The notes below the pieces were generated by a model, which was given only the letters and a program-made list of their open reading frames with translations, made no database searches and had not been told where the DNA came from. From Octopus vulgaris (lineage: Eukaryota), in assembly GCA_951406725.2 (NCBI GenBank), contig OX597817.1:140678001-140742000 (forward strand): a DNA stretch of 64,000 bases, in the 5' to 3' direction. Position numbers and translations under genes: made by a program. This document shows, one piece after another, positions 51,102 through 64,000 of the stretch (position 1 is the stretch's first letter; the number at the start of each line of letters is the position of its first letter).

Positions 51102-51581
51102 AGACAAAACTTATGCCTCCTCATTGATATAACTGTCTCAATTGACATAAATATATAGGTCAAGACTTACCTAAAACTGAGCAAATATAAAGATCTTGAA
51201 ATAGAAATTAGCAAAATGTGGAACCTGAAGACTAAAACAATACCTATTGTCATAGGTACCCTAGGAATGATCGCGAAAAGGGCTGATTGCTGCCTAGCTC
51301 AGAAACCAGGAAACCCCAAAATGGCAAAAATTCAAAAGATAGCGCTCATGGGAACTGCCCATATCCTACTTAAAATACTTTCTATGTAATCTCAAATTTT
51401 AAAACAAACTCATAATTGTCTTATATTTTCTTAAACATTCCCGAGAACAATATTTTGTGCAAAACCAAATATATAGCACCCTACGCTTAACACCAGCATG
51501 AACTTCTAACTTTTTGTCTCTTGAGGTCTCTCGATGTGACCTGGAGCCAACTTGTACAAATACAAAGCAAAAGTCAAACAT
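51102..51581 (+). mobile_element. R4/Dong-clade LINE 3' end, inverted relative to the 49862 copy
   Basis: High similarity to the reverse complement of 49862-50335; (AAT)n tail. Confidence 0.9.
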
Positions 51582-51595
51582 AATAATAATAATAA

Positions 51596-52290
51596 TACAA
51601 ATGCCACAGAACCGCTATTATTAGAAGTAAGAAGGTCAGGCTTTTGTAGGATGAGAGATTGCAAAGATAAAGCACTATACAAGAAATTGAAAACGAATGA
51701 AACTGAAAATAGGTGGGTACAGAAAAGAATGCATGGTTAATTCCATAAGGATGTTGAAGATAAGTCCGACAGAGAAAGATGTTGGCTGTGGATGACTAAA
51801 AGTGATTTAAAAGCAGAAACGGAGGCTCTAATCTGTGCTGCCCAAGAGTAAGCACTAAGAACACGCTACATGAAATACAGAATAGACAACACATCAGAAA
51901 ATGATAAGTGCAGAATCTGTGAACAAAACGGTGAAACAGTATGGCATATTACCAGCCAATGTACGCAACTAGCACAGAAGTAATGTAAGAGACGCCACGA
52001 CAATATAGCCAGGCTTGTCAATTGGACACTCTGCAACAAGTATGAACTTGACAGAGCAAACAATTGGTACGACCACAAACCTGAAGGTATCGTCGAAAAG
52101 AGAAATGCAAAGATCCATGAGATAGAGAACAGGAAACCGGACATAGTCTTAATTGAGAGAGAAAACAAACTATGCTGGATCATAGATATAGCATGCCCAG
52201 CTGACAACAAGGTATGCGATAAGGAAGAAAGAAATGTCGAGAGATATGAGAGGTTGGCTTGGGAAGTTAAGCAGTTGTAGTCGATGAAAA
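51596..52290 (+). mobile_element. Second R4/Dong-clade family fragment
   Basis: KRMHG, LKAETEALICAAQ, CRIC..ETVWHI, RHDNIA, KPDIV. Confidence 0.85.
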
Positions 52291-52402
52291 TAGCACAATA
52301 GCTGTGCTCGCGATATGCAGTGCCTAAATAGTGGTAACTATCACATTATTCTGTGTTCTAACACAAAGCCCACTTCTGATTAGGAATAAATAAATATTAC
52401 CT

Positions 52403-52468
<66 letters not shown>

Positions 52469-52618
52469 ATGCTCCACTTATATTTATGTATGTATGTGAG
52501 CGTGTGTGTGCGCGTGTATGCGTAGAGAGGGAAATGCAGACATACATATACACAAAAATAAGCATATACTATACATACATAGACGCATACATATATACAA
52601 ACATACATACATACATAC

Positions 52619-52679
<61 letters not shown>

Positions 52680-53024
52680 AAAACAAATATATATATACGG
52701 GCGAACGCACGCGCACACGCATATATGTATATTTCTATGTGCCTATTATAATGTTACAACGACGTACGTTTGGTTGTTAATATGTAGGTTTATTTCTGCT
52801 ACAACTTTTTGAGCGATCGATATGTTATAATAACAGCTAAACTGGGGTAATATTAGTTTCAAAATATCAGGTGACACGCACACACACTTACCCCCGCACG
52901 CACAGATATTCATGCACACACATTCACACAAACAAATACATACACTTAAGCGGTAGACACAAACATTTTTCAATACACGGTTATAAATATATATATATAT
53001 ATACATATTTTATATATATATACA

Positions 53025-53147
<123 letters not shown>

Positions 53148-53504
53148 TATGTGCATATATGAACATATAAGCATTTCTATATATTTATATATGTGTGTGA
53201 ATCCGTGTATATGCCTATGTGCATGAACATATATATAAATACGTTTGTTTGTATGATGTATATACATGTATGTGGGTATATATGTGCGTATATATATACA
53301 TGTATGAATATATATACATTTATAATATAGAAATAAACATATATACATGCACACGTATATTTACATATATACATACACACATACTCATATATATATATAT
53401 ACTTACATATATATATATATATAATATATATATATATATATGCATATATGCATATATATGAATACTTATATATAAATATACATATATGATGTGCATGTAT
53501 GTGC

Positions 53505-53601
<97 letters not shown>

Positions 53602-53890
53602 TGGGGCGAGTAAAGAAAGAGATGAGAGAGAAGAGCTACAAGTATACAAACATACAAATATGTTGATTCTTATCCAACCGTTATGTATTCGATATATATA
53701 TATATATATAATTATTTGGCTATATTTCGGCGAATACATCTGTGTATTTATTCGGTCGGGTTAGTTGTCGGTGTCGGTGACGGTTTGTGGCTGTGGCGGT
53801 GATGATGTTTGGTAAGTAAATATCGATGTAGGAACAGAGATGTGATACGTGTAAGCTAATATACAGAATAATCGCCAACTGCTGCGATGT

Positions 53891-53940
<50 letters not shown>

Positions 53941-54248
53941 TCATGCGCATGTATGTGTTTGTATGTGTTTATTAGGATTCTGTCATCTCTAAATGAATGT
54001 CAAAGCAGTTGTTGAGATAAGATTGTTGGCGAACAGCATGATGCGACTAAAACTAAACCATGCTATGGTGCAGTAGCATGCATTTACTACGCACTGCAGC
54101 ATCACTGGAACGTTGCATTTCCAATTCGAATTCACTCACAAATGCAATCAGTAATACGAGATATTTAAAAAAGTATTATCTCTCCAATGCCACACCTTTC
54201 AGTTTGAAGTGGTATGGCTTAATGACTCCAAAACCACACCATTAAGTC

Positions 54249-54360
54249 GAGTAGGAGACCTTTTGGTGCGACCGTTTTGGCGTGGCCGTTTTGGCGCGGC
54301 AGTTTTGGAGCCGACTGTTTGGCGCCGCTGAATCGACGCTGACTTATTCGACACCAAACG
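54249..54360. repeat. GC-rich ~14-bp tandem repeat (CCGTTTTGGCGCGG), possibly a DNA-transposon terminus
   Basis: About 5 units visible, decaying rightwards; no partner end found. Confidence 0.6.
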
Positions 54361-55376
54361 TTTTAATATTCCCTCTCTCTCCCTCTCGTCTTTCGTTCTT
54401 GCTCTTTCTATCTTTATGTATGTACACGCGTGTGAATGTGTGTGTGTCGTATGTTAGTGTGAGTTAGTTCCGAACAAAGAAATTGCTATTTTAATTAAAT
54501 CTATAAAATATTGTTTCAGCGATCCTGGGGACATATCAAACCTTGCCATAACTTGCACAAAAAACATGCGGATGTAAAATGTACCCCTAAGCCTTACTCT
54601 CCCTTAACTAAATACCCCGAATATAGCTTAGACAAGAAAATAAATGAGATAATTGGAAAAATAGTATGGATATGATAGAAATATTGACTTGTAGATTTAT
54701 TCTCAATACCTTCCGCCAGATTCCAAAGTAGACTGTGTTCGTCATATGAAAATAGCTCCTCTTTACCTCGACTTTGTGTTCAGTCAGAAGTATTCGGGTG
54801 CTTTTTGTTAATAAGTCACATTACGAAACACCAGTTTCCTAGAATCTCCTGCACTAATGAATCGAGTGCGTGACGGAGACACATAATCGTTGTAGAACAA
54901 AAAGCTGACGATCACAGCAGTGATATGCATCTGTAAAACTAAAATGGCTCGGAGAGTTATAGGTTCATAAATCATCTTCTTCTATACAATCTTGGTGATG
55001 TATCGCTGTTAATATGGCACTAAAGTTGACCATTTATCATCCTCAGCAAACGAGGTGTTTGCTTCTGTCAAATATATATTTTGCAAGCAAGCACAACCAT
55101 AAAACTAGAAACAGCAACAACATGTACACCAAATTACACAATACACTGTTAAACATAGACGGATACTTTAGACGGTATAATGCCTCGTATAGAAAATCTT
55201 AATAATCAGAGCTGTAATACCCTTCGGTATGAGCTGACGGATCTTTGCTGACCTGACGTCAAATAAATATCAATAATAATATGTTGTATATACAAGAGGG
55301 GCTTGTCAACGGAAAGTCTAGTCCTCACACTATCAAGATATGAGACTTTATAAATCTAAAATATAATATGGAAAAC

Positions 55377-55459
<83 letters not shown>

Positions 55460-55460
<1 letters not shown>

Positions 55461-55565
55461 AATAAGATGAGACATCAAAACCAAGGCTGTGTGGAATTTA
55501 TAGGACATTTATAAAGAGAAAGTAGTTTCTGGGATATTAGGAATATTCCTTCATCAGAGACGGTA
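55460..55565 (-). mobile_element. Penelope-like terminal fragment, HHR with stem III deleted
   Basis: GUCU-CUGAUGA-A-GGAAUAUU..AAUAUCCC-A-GAAAC, lacking the AGCUGUA-AGAC seen at ~39318. Confidence 0.6.
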
Positions 55566-56954
55566 TGAGAGAGTTAACTAGAGGGAATAGTAGAGTTCAA
55601 TATGAAGAGTTATTTTGGAAAGACTCCTATGAATGAACAGCCCATGGAATTTATTTAGTCTCAGGTCAATCTTTGACCTATCAAACCTATTATCAGAAGA
55701 ATCCAACCCAATGACATTCTCACTATTCAGGAAGACTTATTTTGGAACTACATTAGCCAGTGTATTTTTTTCTTTAAATTAGTAATGTGGGGTTAAAAGA
55801 AAGGCGGCTGCTCTCTCTAGTAATTCCGGTGACCACGTAGACCTCACTCTTATTATGCTGTGTAAATCAAGTGATTCTGAATATGCTACCAGCTCGGTTT
55901 TAAAATTGCAATATTGAGATTTGATAATTAGTCGGTATATCCTCCGAGATTAACGAGACCGATAATGCTGGTGTTCGTTTTGTACAGTTAAAAGTTAATA
56001 CTTGCAGGAAAGATATGGTCAGATACAAATTCCAGAGGGACGAAGTTATAGCAGGAAGATTTTGACTCAGTCGTTGTATAGTTTGGTTAGCAAGAGAAGA
56101 GATGGGTGTGGTGTAATATAGAGGGCTGTCACTGGTGAACGAGTACGGCTTAGTGACGTGTACCATATTTTTATGCTCTTGTTGGTTATGTGGTCGTGCT
56201 GCGCATAGACAACCACTCAGTCTCATCCTAATTGACCCAGCTAGCATATCAAGGATATAAGAGGGAGGAGAAGGAGGAGAAAGCTACACCAGTAGTCAGC
56301 TGGTACTTATTTATGGCTGACGAAAGTGAAACAACATGAAACGTAGTGTCTTGCACAAGAACGCAACACGTCCTCCGAGGCAGGATTTGGTCCCACAACA
56401 TTGTGATTGCGAGACGGACACCTTAAGCACAAGGTAACTTGGCAAAGTGACATTATGCTGAGAGAACTGGATGTGGAATGAAGGGACAGAGACCACAATA
56501 GAAGCGGTACGAAGGGCAGAGAGGGGAAATAGTACGTATAGTTTGGGTGTATTGGTGGGGAACTTCGTTCCAGTCTGTTAAAAAGTATATTTCATGGAAT
56601 CCAGAATTTTTTCGGAAATTATAGAGTGGTTTACAATGCGTTGCTTACTCATGCTTTTTAATTGCTTATCGGGAAATCTGTAGGTTCAACTATTTATTGA
56701 TTTTTTAAATTTATTTATTTATTTTGTTTTAAGCACCAACATTATAGGTATTTATGCTCCGGTGAAATTTAAAAATTAACTCGTAAATAAACGAAACCCT
56801 CGAATCCATCACTGCACACACACACGCATGCGGAGGCACACACATATGCACACACAAACACGCATGCGCAGCAACACACACACACACACACACTCATATA
56901 CACACATACACACAGTTGCATATCTATGTATATATTTATGTATGTTTGAAGATA

Positions 56955-57062
56955 ATCAAACCAAATTGCTATCATTTCCAGCCACTCACCCATTGATGTA
57001 TTTCTGCCAAATTTGGTGAAAATCCGTTCAGCCGTTTTCCAATAATTTTGCAAAGACACAAA
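56955..57062 (-). mobile_element. Possible non-autonomous Helitron-like end
   Basis: AAAACGGCTGAACGGATTTTCACCAAATTTGG resembles, from recall, termini of invertebrate non-autonomous Helitrons; no other end found. Confidence 0.35.
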
Positions 57063-57117
57063 GATGAGCGATTACAATACCATGCGCGCGTAAGAGAAAG
57101 CAGAGTAATTATGGGAA

Positions 57118-57520
57118 GAAGGCTCAATATAAAAACAAACCAAATTAATTATGGGAAGTAGGCTCAATGGGAAAAACAAAATCAGGGCAATGAACAGATA
57201 GGCTGGTTCCTTAATGCGATATGGCGCAGGTGTTCTTAGGTGAACAAAGAATGAGCTAGAGGAAATGGACAGAAAAACTAGAAAAGTGATGACAATTAAC
57301 AAGGAACTACACCCCAAAAGCGATACTGACAGACTGTATGTGCCAAGGAACAGCAGAGGAAGAAGCCTCATAGGATGCAAGATCTGTGTTGTCAACGAAA
57401 AGAAGAGTCTGGGCTGGTACATCAAACAGCAGAGTGAATCCTTTCTTGCCGATGTTAGAATTAACAATACAATACCTACCGAAAATGCGATGCACCCACA
57501 AACAGCTTACAAACAAGATG
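57118..57520 (+). mobile_element. R4/Dong-clade LINE fragment (post-RT)
   Basis: LNGKNKIRAMN, MDRKTRKVMT..LHPKSDTDRLYVPR..RGRSL. Confidence 0.85.
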
Positions 57521-57521
57521 A

Positions 57522-57638
57522 AGAAGGCTTTCATCGACCCGGGGCTATAGTAAAAGACACTTGCTCAAGGTATCACATAGTGGGACTGAACCCGGAACCT
57601 TGTTGTTGTGAAGCAAACTTCTTACCACACAGCCAAGC
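57522..57638 (-). mobile_element. SINE family A head fragment
   Basis: GGCTGTGTGGTAAGAAG..GGTTCAGTCCC..CTTGAGCAAGTGTC. Confidence 0.7.
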
Positions 57639-57639
57639 C

Positions 57640-57965
57640 GGGAACTCCGTCGGTTACGTTGACGAGTGTTCCAGTTGATCCGATCCAAGGAACAGACTGT
57701 TCATGAAATGAACGTGCAAGTGGCTGAGTACTCCACAGACACGTGTACATTTAGCGTAATTCTCTTGGAGATTCAGCGTCATACAGTATGTGACAAAGCT
57801 GGCCCCTCGTAAATTACAGGTACAATTCATCTTTATCAGCTGAATGGACTGGAGTATTGCAAAGTAAAATATCTTGCTCAAGGACTTAACCAGCAGCCGG
57901 TAATCGAACTCCTGGCCTTACAATCGTGAGCTGAATACTGTAACCACTAAGCCACGCATCTCCAC
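57640..57965 (-). mobile_element. tRNA/CORE-like SINE (family D)
   Basis: GCGTGGCTTAGTGGTTA..GAGTTCGATTACC..GTCCTTGAGCAAGA; distinct 3' half. Confidence 0.7.
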
Positions 57966-58017
57966 ACACATACATATACAGACATACACACACACATACA
58001 CATACATACAAACATGT

Positions 58018-58247
58018 ATTTCTTTACTACCCACAAGGGGCTAAACACAGAGGGGACAAACAAGGACAGACAAACGGATAAAGTCGATCACATCGACCCC
58101 AGTGCTTAACTGGTACTTAATTTATCGACCCCGAAAGGATGACAGGCAAAGTCGACCTTGGCGGAATTTGAACTCAGAACGTAACGGCAGACGAAATACG
58201 GCTACGCATTTCCCCCGGCGTGCTAACGTTTCTGCCAGCTCGCCGCC
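58018..58247 (-). mobile_element. SINE family C, full length
   Basis: Homologous to 48972-49203; TACACATACATACAAA(C/T)ATGTAT on both flanks. Confidence 0.9.
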
Positions 58248-58595
58248 ATATACACATACATACAAATATGTATGTATGTGTATAGTCAGTATGAGAAGTA
58301 CACGTAAGCTTATGCTATCGTAATACACAGTTTTACACAAAACCCTTAGAGTGACTCTTAGCAGAAGAGGCAGGAACGAAGAGGTCGAATCGGCTTCGCA
58401 GGAATGAGGATAGAGGCACTACTCGCATTTTACTGGAGTTGTGTGTTCAATAACAGTTTAAATCAATTCCACATCAATTAAAGTTTAGTGGGCGTAGGAT
58501 ACGTCCCCCTCCTTCAGATATCTAAACATTTTCTATACCCAAGAAAGTTCGATATGGAGATGAGTCAAACTGTTTTGTGTGTGTATATGTGTGAG

Positions 58596-58653
<58 letters not shown>

Positions 58654-59379
58654 TACGATGGACTTTTACAGAGTCAACTCGAAGCTATATTAGAAGCTTC
58701 TTGGTCACGGTTCCACGCAGCGGATCCAACGCCGAACCACATGTTTGACAAGCAAACTTCTTGCCACACAGCCATCTCTTTGCTTAGTCAAGAATTGTGT
58801 TGAGACATTTTGAAATGAAACCAAATACAAAAGCTTATTGATACGTTTCGCTTTCCCCTGAATTGAATCGTTTGTTTTTTTTAATTTCAAAGCTGCATTT
58901 TAAAATGTTACTGCTATTCTTTTTTTATATAACTTTTCATTGCTTTTTAATTGCTTTTTGTTAATCAACTTTCTCTCTCACCTCTTCGTCTTAATATTTC
59001 TTTATGCCTCTATTGCAAGCAGTATCCAATTCCTATTCCTCCCCTCTCTCCTCTTTCACTCCCACTCTTTCTTTACCAGCATCAACAACAGCAACAACAA
59101 TGGCAGCAATACCCTCGATCGAGAAACGTACTCTGAGTTGTCTTGACTTTAAAGCGATACTTAGTATATTTATCAATAAGTTTGGATAGTCGCGGCTGGA
59201 CCATCATTAAATCATAGGTTGATTCAATTAGGATTAAGCTAGTACTAAACGACAACGACAACCAACCTTAAACAATAATCTCTCTCTCTCTCTGCAGAGC
59301 CCGAAACCCTTACCAACACCTCCATTCAGGTTTGATCCTTACAAACCAAGCAACTTATCTCTTCTTGTCTTACACAGTT

Positions 59380-59786
59380 GTGGCTGTGTGGTAAGTAGCT
59401 TGCTAACCAACCACATGGTTCCGGGTTCAATCCCACTGCGTGGCATCTTGGGCAAGTGTCTTCTGCTATAGCCCCGGGCCGACCAATGCCTTGTGAGTGG
59501 ATTTGGTAGACGGAAACTGAAAGAAGCCTGTCGTATATATGTATATATATATATATGTGTGTGTTTGTGTGTCTGTGTTTGTTCCCCTAGCATTGCTTGA
59601 CAACCGATGCTGGTGTGTTTACGTCCCCGTCACTTAGCGGTTCGGCAAAAAGAGACCGATAGAATAAGTACTGGGCTTACAAAAAGAATAAGTCCCGGGG
59701 TCGAGTTGCTCGACTAAAGGCGGTGCTCCAGCATGGCCGCAGTCAAATGACGGAAACAAGTAAAAGAGTAAAAGAGTAAAAGAGAG
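59380..59786 (+). mobile_element. SINE family A, slightly 5'-truncated
   Basis: Very similar to 1048-1441; AGTTGTG on both flanks. Confidence 0.9.
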
Positions 59787-60077
59787 AGTTGTGTTCCTAT
59801 CTAAAAATGTTTACGGCCACTTATTGCAAGGGAAATAATCACTTCTAGATAAATCTTAGCACGATTAGAAGTTGGAATTTGAAATCAAAGACCAAGGAAG
59901 AAGAGGCGTAGTATACGCTTGAGGTATATTCGAGCCCGTAAGTAATCCAATCAGTGGATTTTGTCATGCAGAATATTTCTCACTGGAGAGAAAATGGCTG
60001 TAAGTACACCGAGTCAGCTCACACCGTTTCCTAGGCAGACTGTTGCTTTCTAATCACAGGTAATCATGTAAATATCG

Positions 60078-60230
60078 TGGATATGGAAGTGCTTAGAGTG
60101 TTGAGCTCATGATCGAAAGGTTGTCGGTTCGATTCCTGGACCGAGTGGCACATTGAATCTTTCAACGGGACACTTCATTCCACATTACTGCTGCTGCTGC
60201 TGCTGCTGTTCATCTGTAAAGGAGTACCAT
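60078..60230 (+). mobile_element. Old tRNA/CORE-like SINE head
   Basis: GGTTCGATTCCTGGACCG B box and degenerate CORE-like region. Confidence 0.55.
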
Positions 60231-60807
60231 TTTGGTGGGTCAAAGGTAGGGGAACCCAGGGAGTATTTATGCATGCACAATAAGGGCAATTGTGTTCAGG
60301 TCATACTTCCGAGTGACGGATACACTGTGTCCGCTGGGGCTGCCAACGCTCAGCTTGCATATGTGTGTGTTGCAGCATCAAGGATTTGTATGTGTGTATG
60401 TGTATGTATGAGTGTGCTTGTATGAATGTGTCTTTGTTTTTGTATCTATGTATGTTTATACGTTGTTGTTTTTTATTAATGTTAACTGTTCACTTTTGCT
60501 TCTATTTAACTGTTATTTGAATCGTAATTCTTTAATCCTATTTTATGTTTGATCACGATTATGAACCACATAATGTGTGTGTGTGTTTGATCGACATCCC
60601 TTGTGATAGGGTTTGTTACCTTAAAAGCACGTTTCCATGACATGAATTCTTGCAGTAGATTTTACACATCACGTCAATAAAACCCACATTTCAGCACCAA
60701 GTCTCTCTCACTGAACGAGTTTATGTAAATCATTGGAACTTGTCATATGCTTATTTACTTTGTATCTATAAACAGTTATGTGTGTATATATATATACATA
60801 TATATAT

Positions 60808-60908
<101 letters not shown>

Positions 60909-61013
60909 CACATATATATATACACATATATATATATACACACATATATATATACATATATATATATATACACATATATATACACATATATATACACACA
61001 TATATATATATAT

Positions 61014-61122
<109 letters not shown>

Positions 61123-61240
61123 TACATATATTTATGTATATGTGTGTATGTATGTATTTATATACTTACATATATGTATTTGTATACACACACACGATTT
61201 TCATCCTTTATATGTCTAAATTATCTTTTCTCTTTTTCAG

Positions 61241-62337
61241 CTGCATTGGCTAGAAGCAAAAGCACGCCGGGACTGGTGGAGTCCCTGGGGCAAGTACCCG
61301 TCGATGTGATGACAATGCATCGGCACCATACACTTCCAGCCGGGTTGCCAAAAACCCAGAATTCATCTGCACCCAGCCGTGTTGGTAGTATCCATTCTAA
61401 CTCTGGTAGGAGTGATAATGGCGATGAGACCCGAAAATGTGACATGGCTGCTGGCCCTGAAACCAGCAATGGTCATGTTAATGAAGTTGTCAGAATACAG
61501 GAAGAGACCTTGTCGAAAGAGTTTCACGAGGACACCAGCAGTATATGTACTCTGGCTACATCGTTAACAATATCAAGTATAAGTTCTATGATAGCAGTGA
61601 ACTCATCACCATTGAAGTCGCCTCTCTGTACTGATAACTCACGGTCAGTATTTTCACCGCCAACATCACCCCACTTACTTTACGGAAGTCACACAGAACA
61701 GTCACAAACACAGACCATGCAAACTTTGCTTCCTGAAATGTCGATTGGTACCCCTCCGCGTGTGGTACCCTCACCTGTTTCAACTCATCCTTACCATCAG
61801 CAAATTACTCCTTTCTGTCTACAACCCACTTCTTTCACCGTGAACACCACCCCCCAGGTATCGACGTATTTCACGCCGTTTTGTGCCTCAAACTATTCTC
61901 CCTCCACGCCAACATTTTCTCGGTCTGTTGCTGGAAGCATTCCTTCTTCGCAGACCAATCTTTGTCCACCGTTGTCACCATTCCCTCCACCACTTTCGGT
62001 CAGCCCGTATCCGGGACAAGCACCGAGCATTCAATTAAGTCCACTGCCTGGCAGCAGTGTTACTGGCAGTTTTACCGGAAGCCTCACGTCACCACGAGAT
62101 ATGTCTCATGATCTTCTTCTGCAAGAAATTTCTAGTCTTCGAGAACGACTCAATTGTTTGGAAAGTGAAAATGCCGCCATGACGGTAAAACTGAATCAAC
62201 AACAGTGGGATGTAGAACATCGACTTGCAGAAATTGAGATGCACATGTGTGGTGGCGATAGTGTGGCTAGTATCGACGAAAGTCTTGAAGAAAAATCGGG
62301 GCTTTTGGAACCGGTAAACCGTGAATCTATTATATGA
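61241..62337 (+). CDS. Terminal coding exon (~364 codons) of an unidentified protein: Ser/Pro/Thr-rich region, C-terminal coiled coil, ends ..NRESII
   Basis: Strong acceptor (tcttttctctttttcag) at 61240, phase 1; 1.1-kb non-repetitive open frame with higher GC; heptads in [22 protein letters not shown]...RLAEIE; TGA at 62335-62337. The first ~155 aa of the listed ORF is TA-repeat read-through. Confidence 0.9.
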
Positions 62338-62430
62338 ATGGATTCGCCTACTCTAGGGCTACTTACCAAGGATTTCTTTAAAATGTGCAAAATGCTGGAA
62401 TGACGAAACAGCAGAAAGAGAAGTATCACG

Positions 62431-62436
62431 AATAAA
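62431..62436 (+). promoter_or_regulatory. Candidate polyadenylation signal
   Basis: First AATAAA after the stop; others occur further downstream (e.g. 63962), so usage is unknown. Confidence 0.3.
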
Positions 62437-64000
62437 CATACCCCAATAGGTTTAAACAAGCGGGGGGATGCACACACATACACATATCTATAAAGACACA
62501 TACCCAGATACAATGTATGTCTTCCGGGCTCTGCATACATAGAAACGAGTTGACAGAAATAGGTTCTTCATCAAAGTACTACATATATAATACACACACA
62601 CTCAACACACACACACGTGTGTTTGTGTATGTATGTGAGTGTATATGCATATATATATATATATACACACTTTGTAATGTACAAGTAATTAAATATTAGA
62701 AAGATAATTATTAGATATAGATAATTTAGATAGATAATTATGATCATACATATATTCCAACAACGCATGTGTACACGCACATAAATGCATATGTATGCGT
62801 ATAATTTACATGCATACATCTATGAAAGTACATATACATGTTTTTTTTTCATATGCATACAAATATGTATATGCATATATATTGATATGTGTATGAATGT
62901 CTGACAATTACTAGCGTAAGATATAAACGGAACTCCACGAAAATACAGGCCAAACGATCTTGTTCGATCTGAAATCTGAAAAATCATGAAAAGTGCTAAA
63001 AAAGTTAACACAGTTATCTTTAACCGTTCATGAGGATATAAGTATGAGAAATATTGGAATATTTCTGAATACTAACAAAATATTAACAAAACATTAGCAA
63101 TCAAAAGGGAAGAAAAAGTAACCATGAATACATTCGTGCGCGTACGCACACACACACATACACACTCAGGCATACAGAGGTGCACACACACACACATATA
63201 TATATACACGTATTTATACACACGTATATGTCTATAAAATATATATGTACATATGTGTATATAAACACATATACATGTATGAACTCCCATATACACAAGC
63301 CTGCAAATCCTGCACACATACACACACACACACACACACTCAGAGCAAGAGACATAAACCGAAAGATTGAATTTGAAATAAGAAACAGCAACAAAATACG
63401 GTAACTAAGTTCTATTTTTCATAAACAACATAAAACGAAAGGTGAAAACGAAAAACAGATAAAAGCGGTTGGACCCACAATTTTTCAGTCCTCTTAAGAG
63501 ATTGGAATTAAACACAAGCCATTCCAATAACCTAGAATTGGTGAAGAAGAACACGAAGAACAAGAACTGACAGAAAATCATTCTTTAAAAATTTATACGA
63601 AAGCTAACACTGATCAAAGGACTAAATTTTGGAAATACAAGAATTTTTACATATTTGAATTTGAACAAAGTTTGATTTTTTTTTTCGATATGGGAGAGAG
63701 AGAAAAACAAAACTCCATTAGGAGTAAGTTATTAAATATAAACATACAAAAGAGATTCATGGTATTATGTGGGTGGATCCGTGCTTCACTGCTTGATTCT
63801 TAATGACCATTTTTATATTATTTTAAATTTCCTCTCATTCTCTCCCTTGACGTGTGAACTCTTCAAGTTGTTACTCTGGATTAGGAGAGATTCTGCTGTT
63901 CTCTTAAGTTGTTTGTTTGTTTGTTTGTTTGTTCCTATATTTACTTTTAGAAAAAAACAGTAATAAATATGGCACCCATTTAATTATATAAACGAATACA

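Noticed and set aside
52755-52780. AAAC-GUAC-GUC stem III-like motif on the minus strand (similar weak case near 43980-44010)
   Set aside because: No matching CUGAnGA core and stem I; not counted as an HHR.
55900-56247. 115-aa minus-strand ORF with slight RT-like wording
   Set aside because: No catalytic motif; cannot be supported by eye.
59845-59943. Candidate internal exon ending at GTAAGT
   Set aside because: The frames tested from nearby AG acceptors all contain stops.

Overview
AT-rich, microsatellite-saturated eukaryotic DNA. The SINE families and (TA)/(CA) density suggest an octopus genome (inference, not database-checked). Only one host coding feature is supportable: the last exon (61241-62337, +) of a gene encoding a Ser/Pro-rich protein ending in a coiled coil and a PDZ-type tail. 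The preceding ~61 kb shows no convincing exon and is either a very large intron or intergenic DNA. It is filled with tRNA-derived SINEs (at least 5 families), decayed CR1/L2-group, R4/Dong and RTE LINEs, Tc1/mariner remnants and a mariner-type MITE pair. The most notable signal is about 20 full or partial minimal type I hammerhead-ribozyme (HHR) motifs in several short Penelope-like (PLE) families. They sit in (TA)n tracts, often as long palindromes, and two are linked to Neptune-type GIY-YIG coding sequence. Some families carry shared non-canonical cores (A6U; GCAA for GAAA; U3-A8 covariation). Nearly all ORF-track entries are microsatellite artefacts. Coordinates were read by eye, so element ends are approximate.
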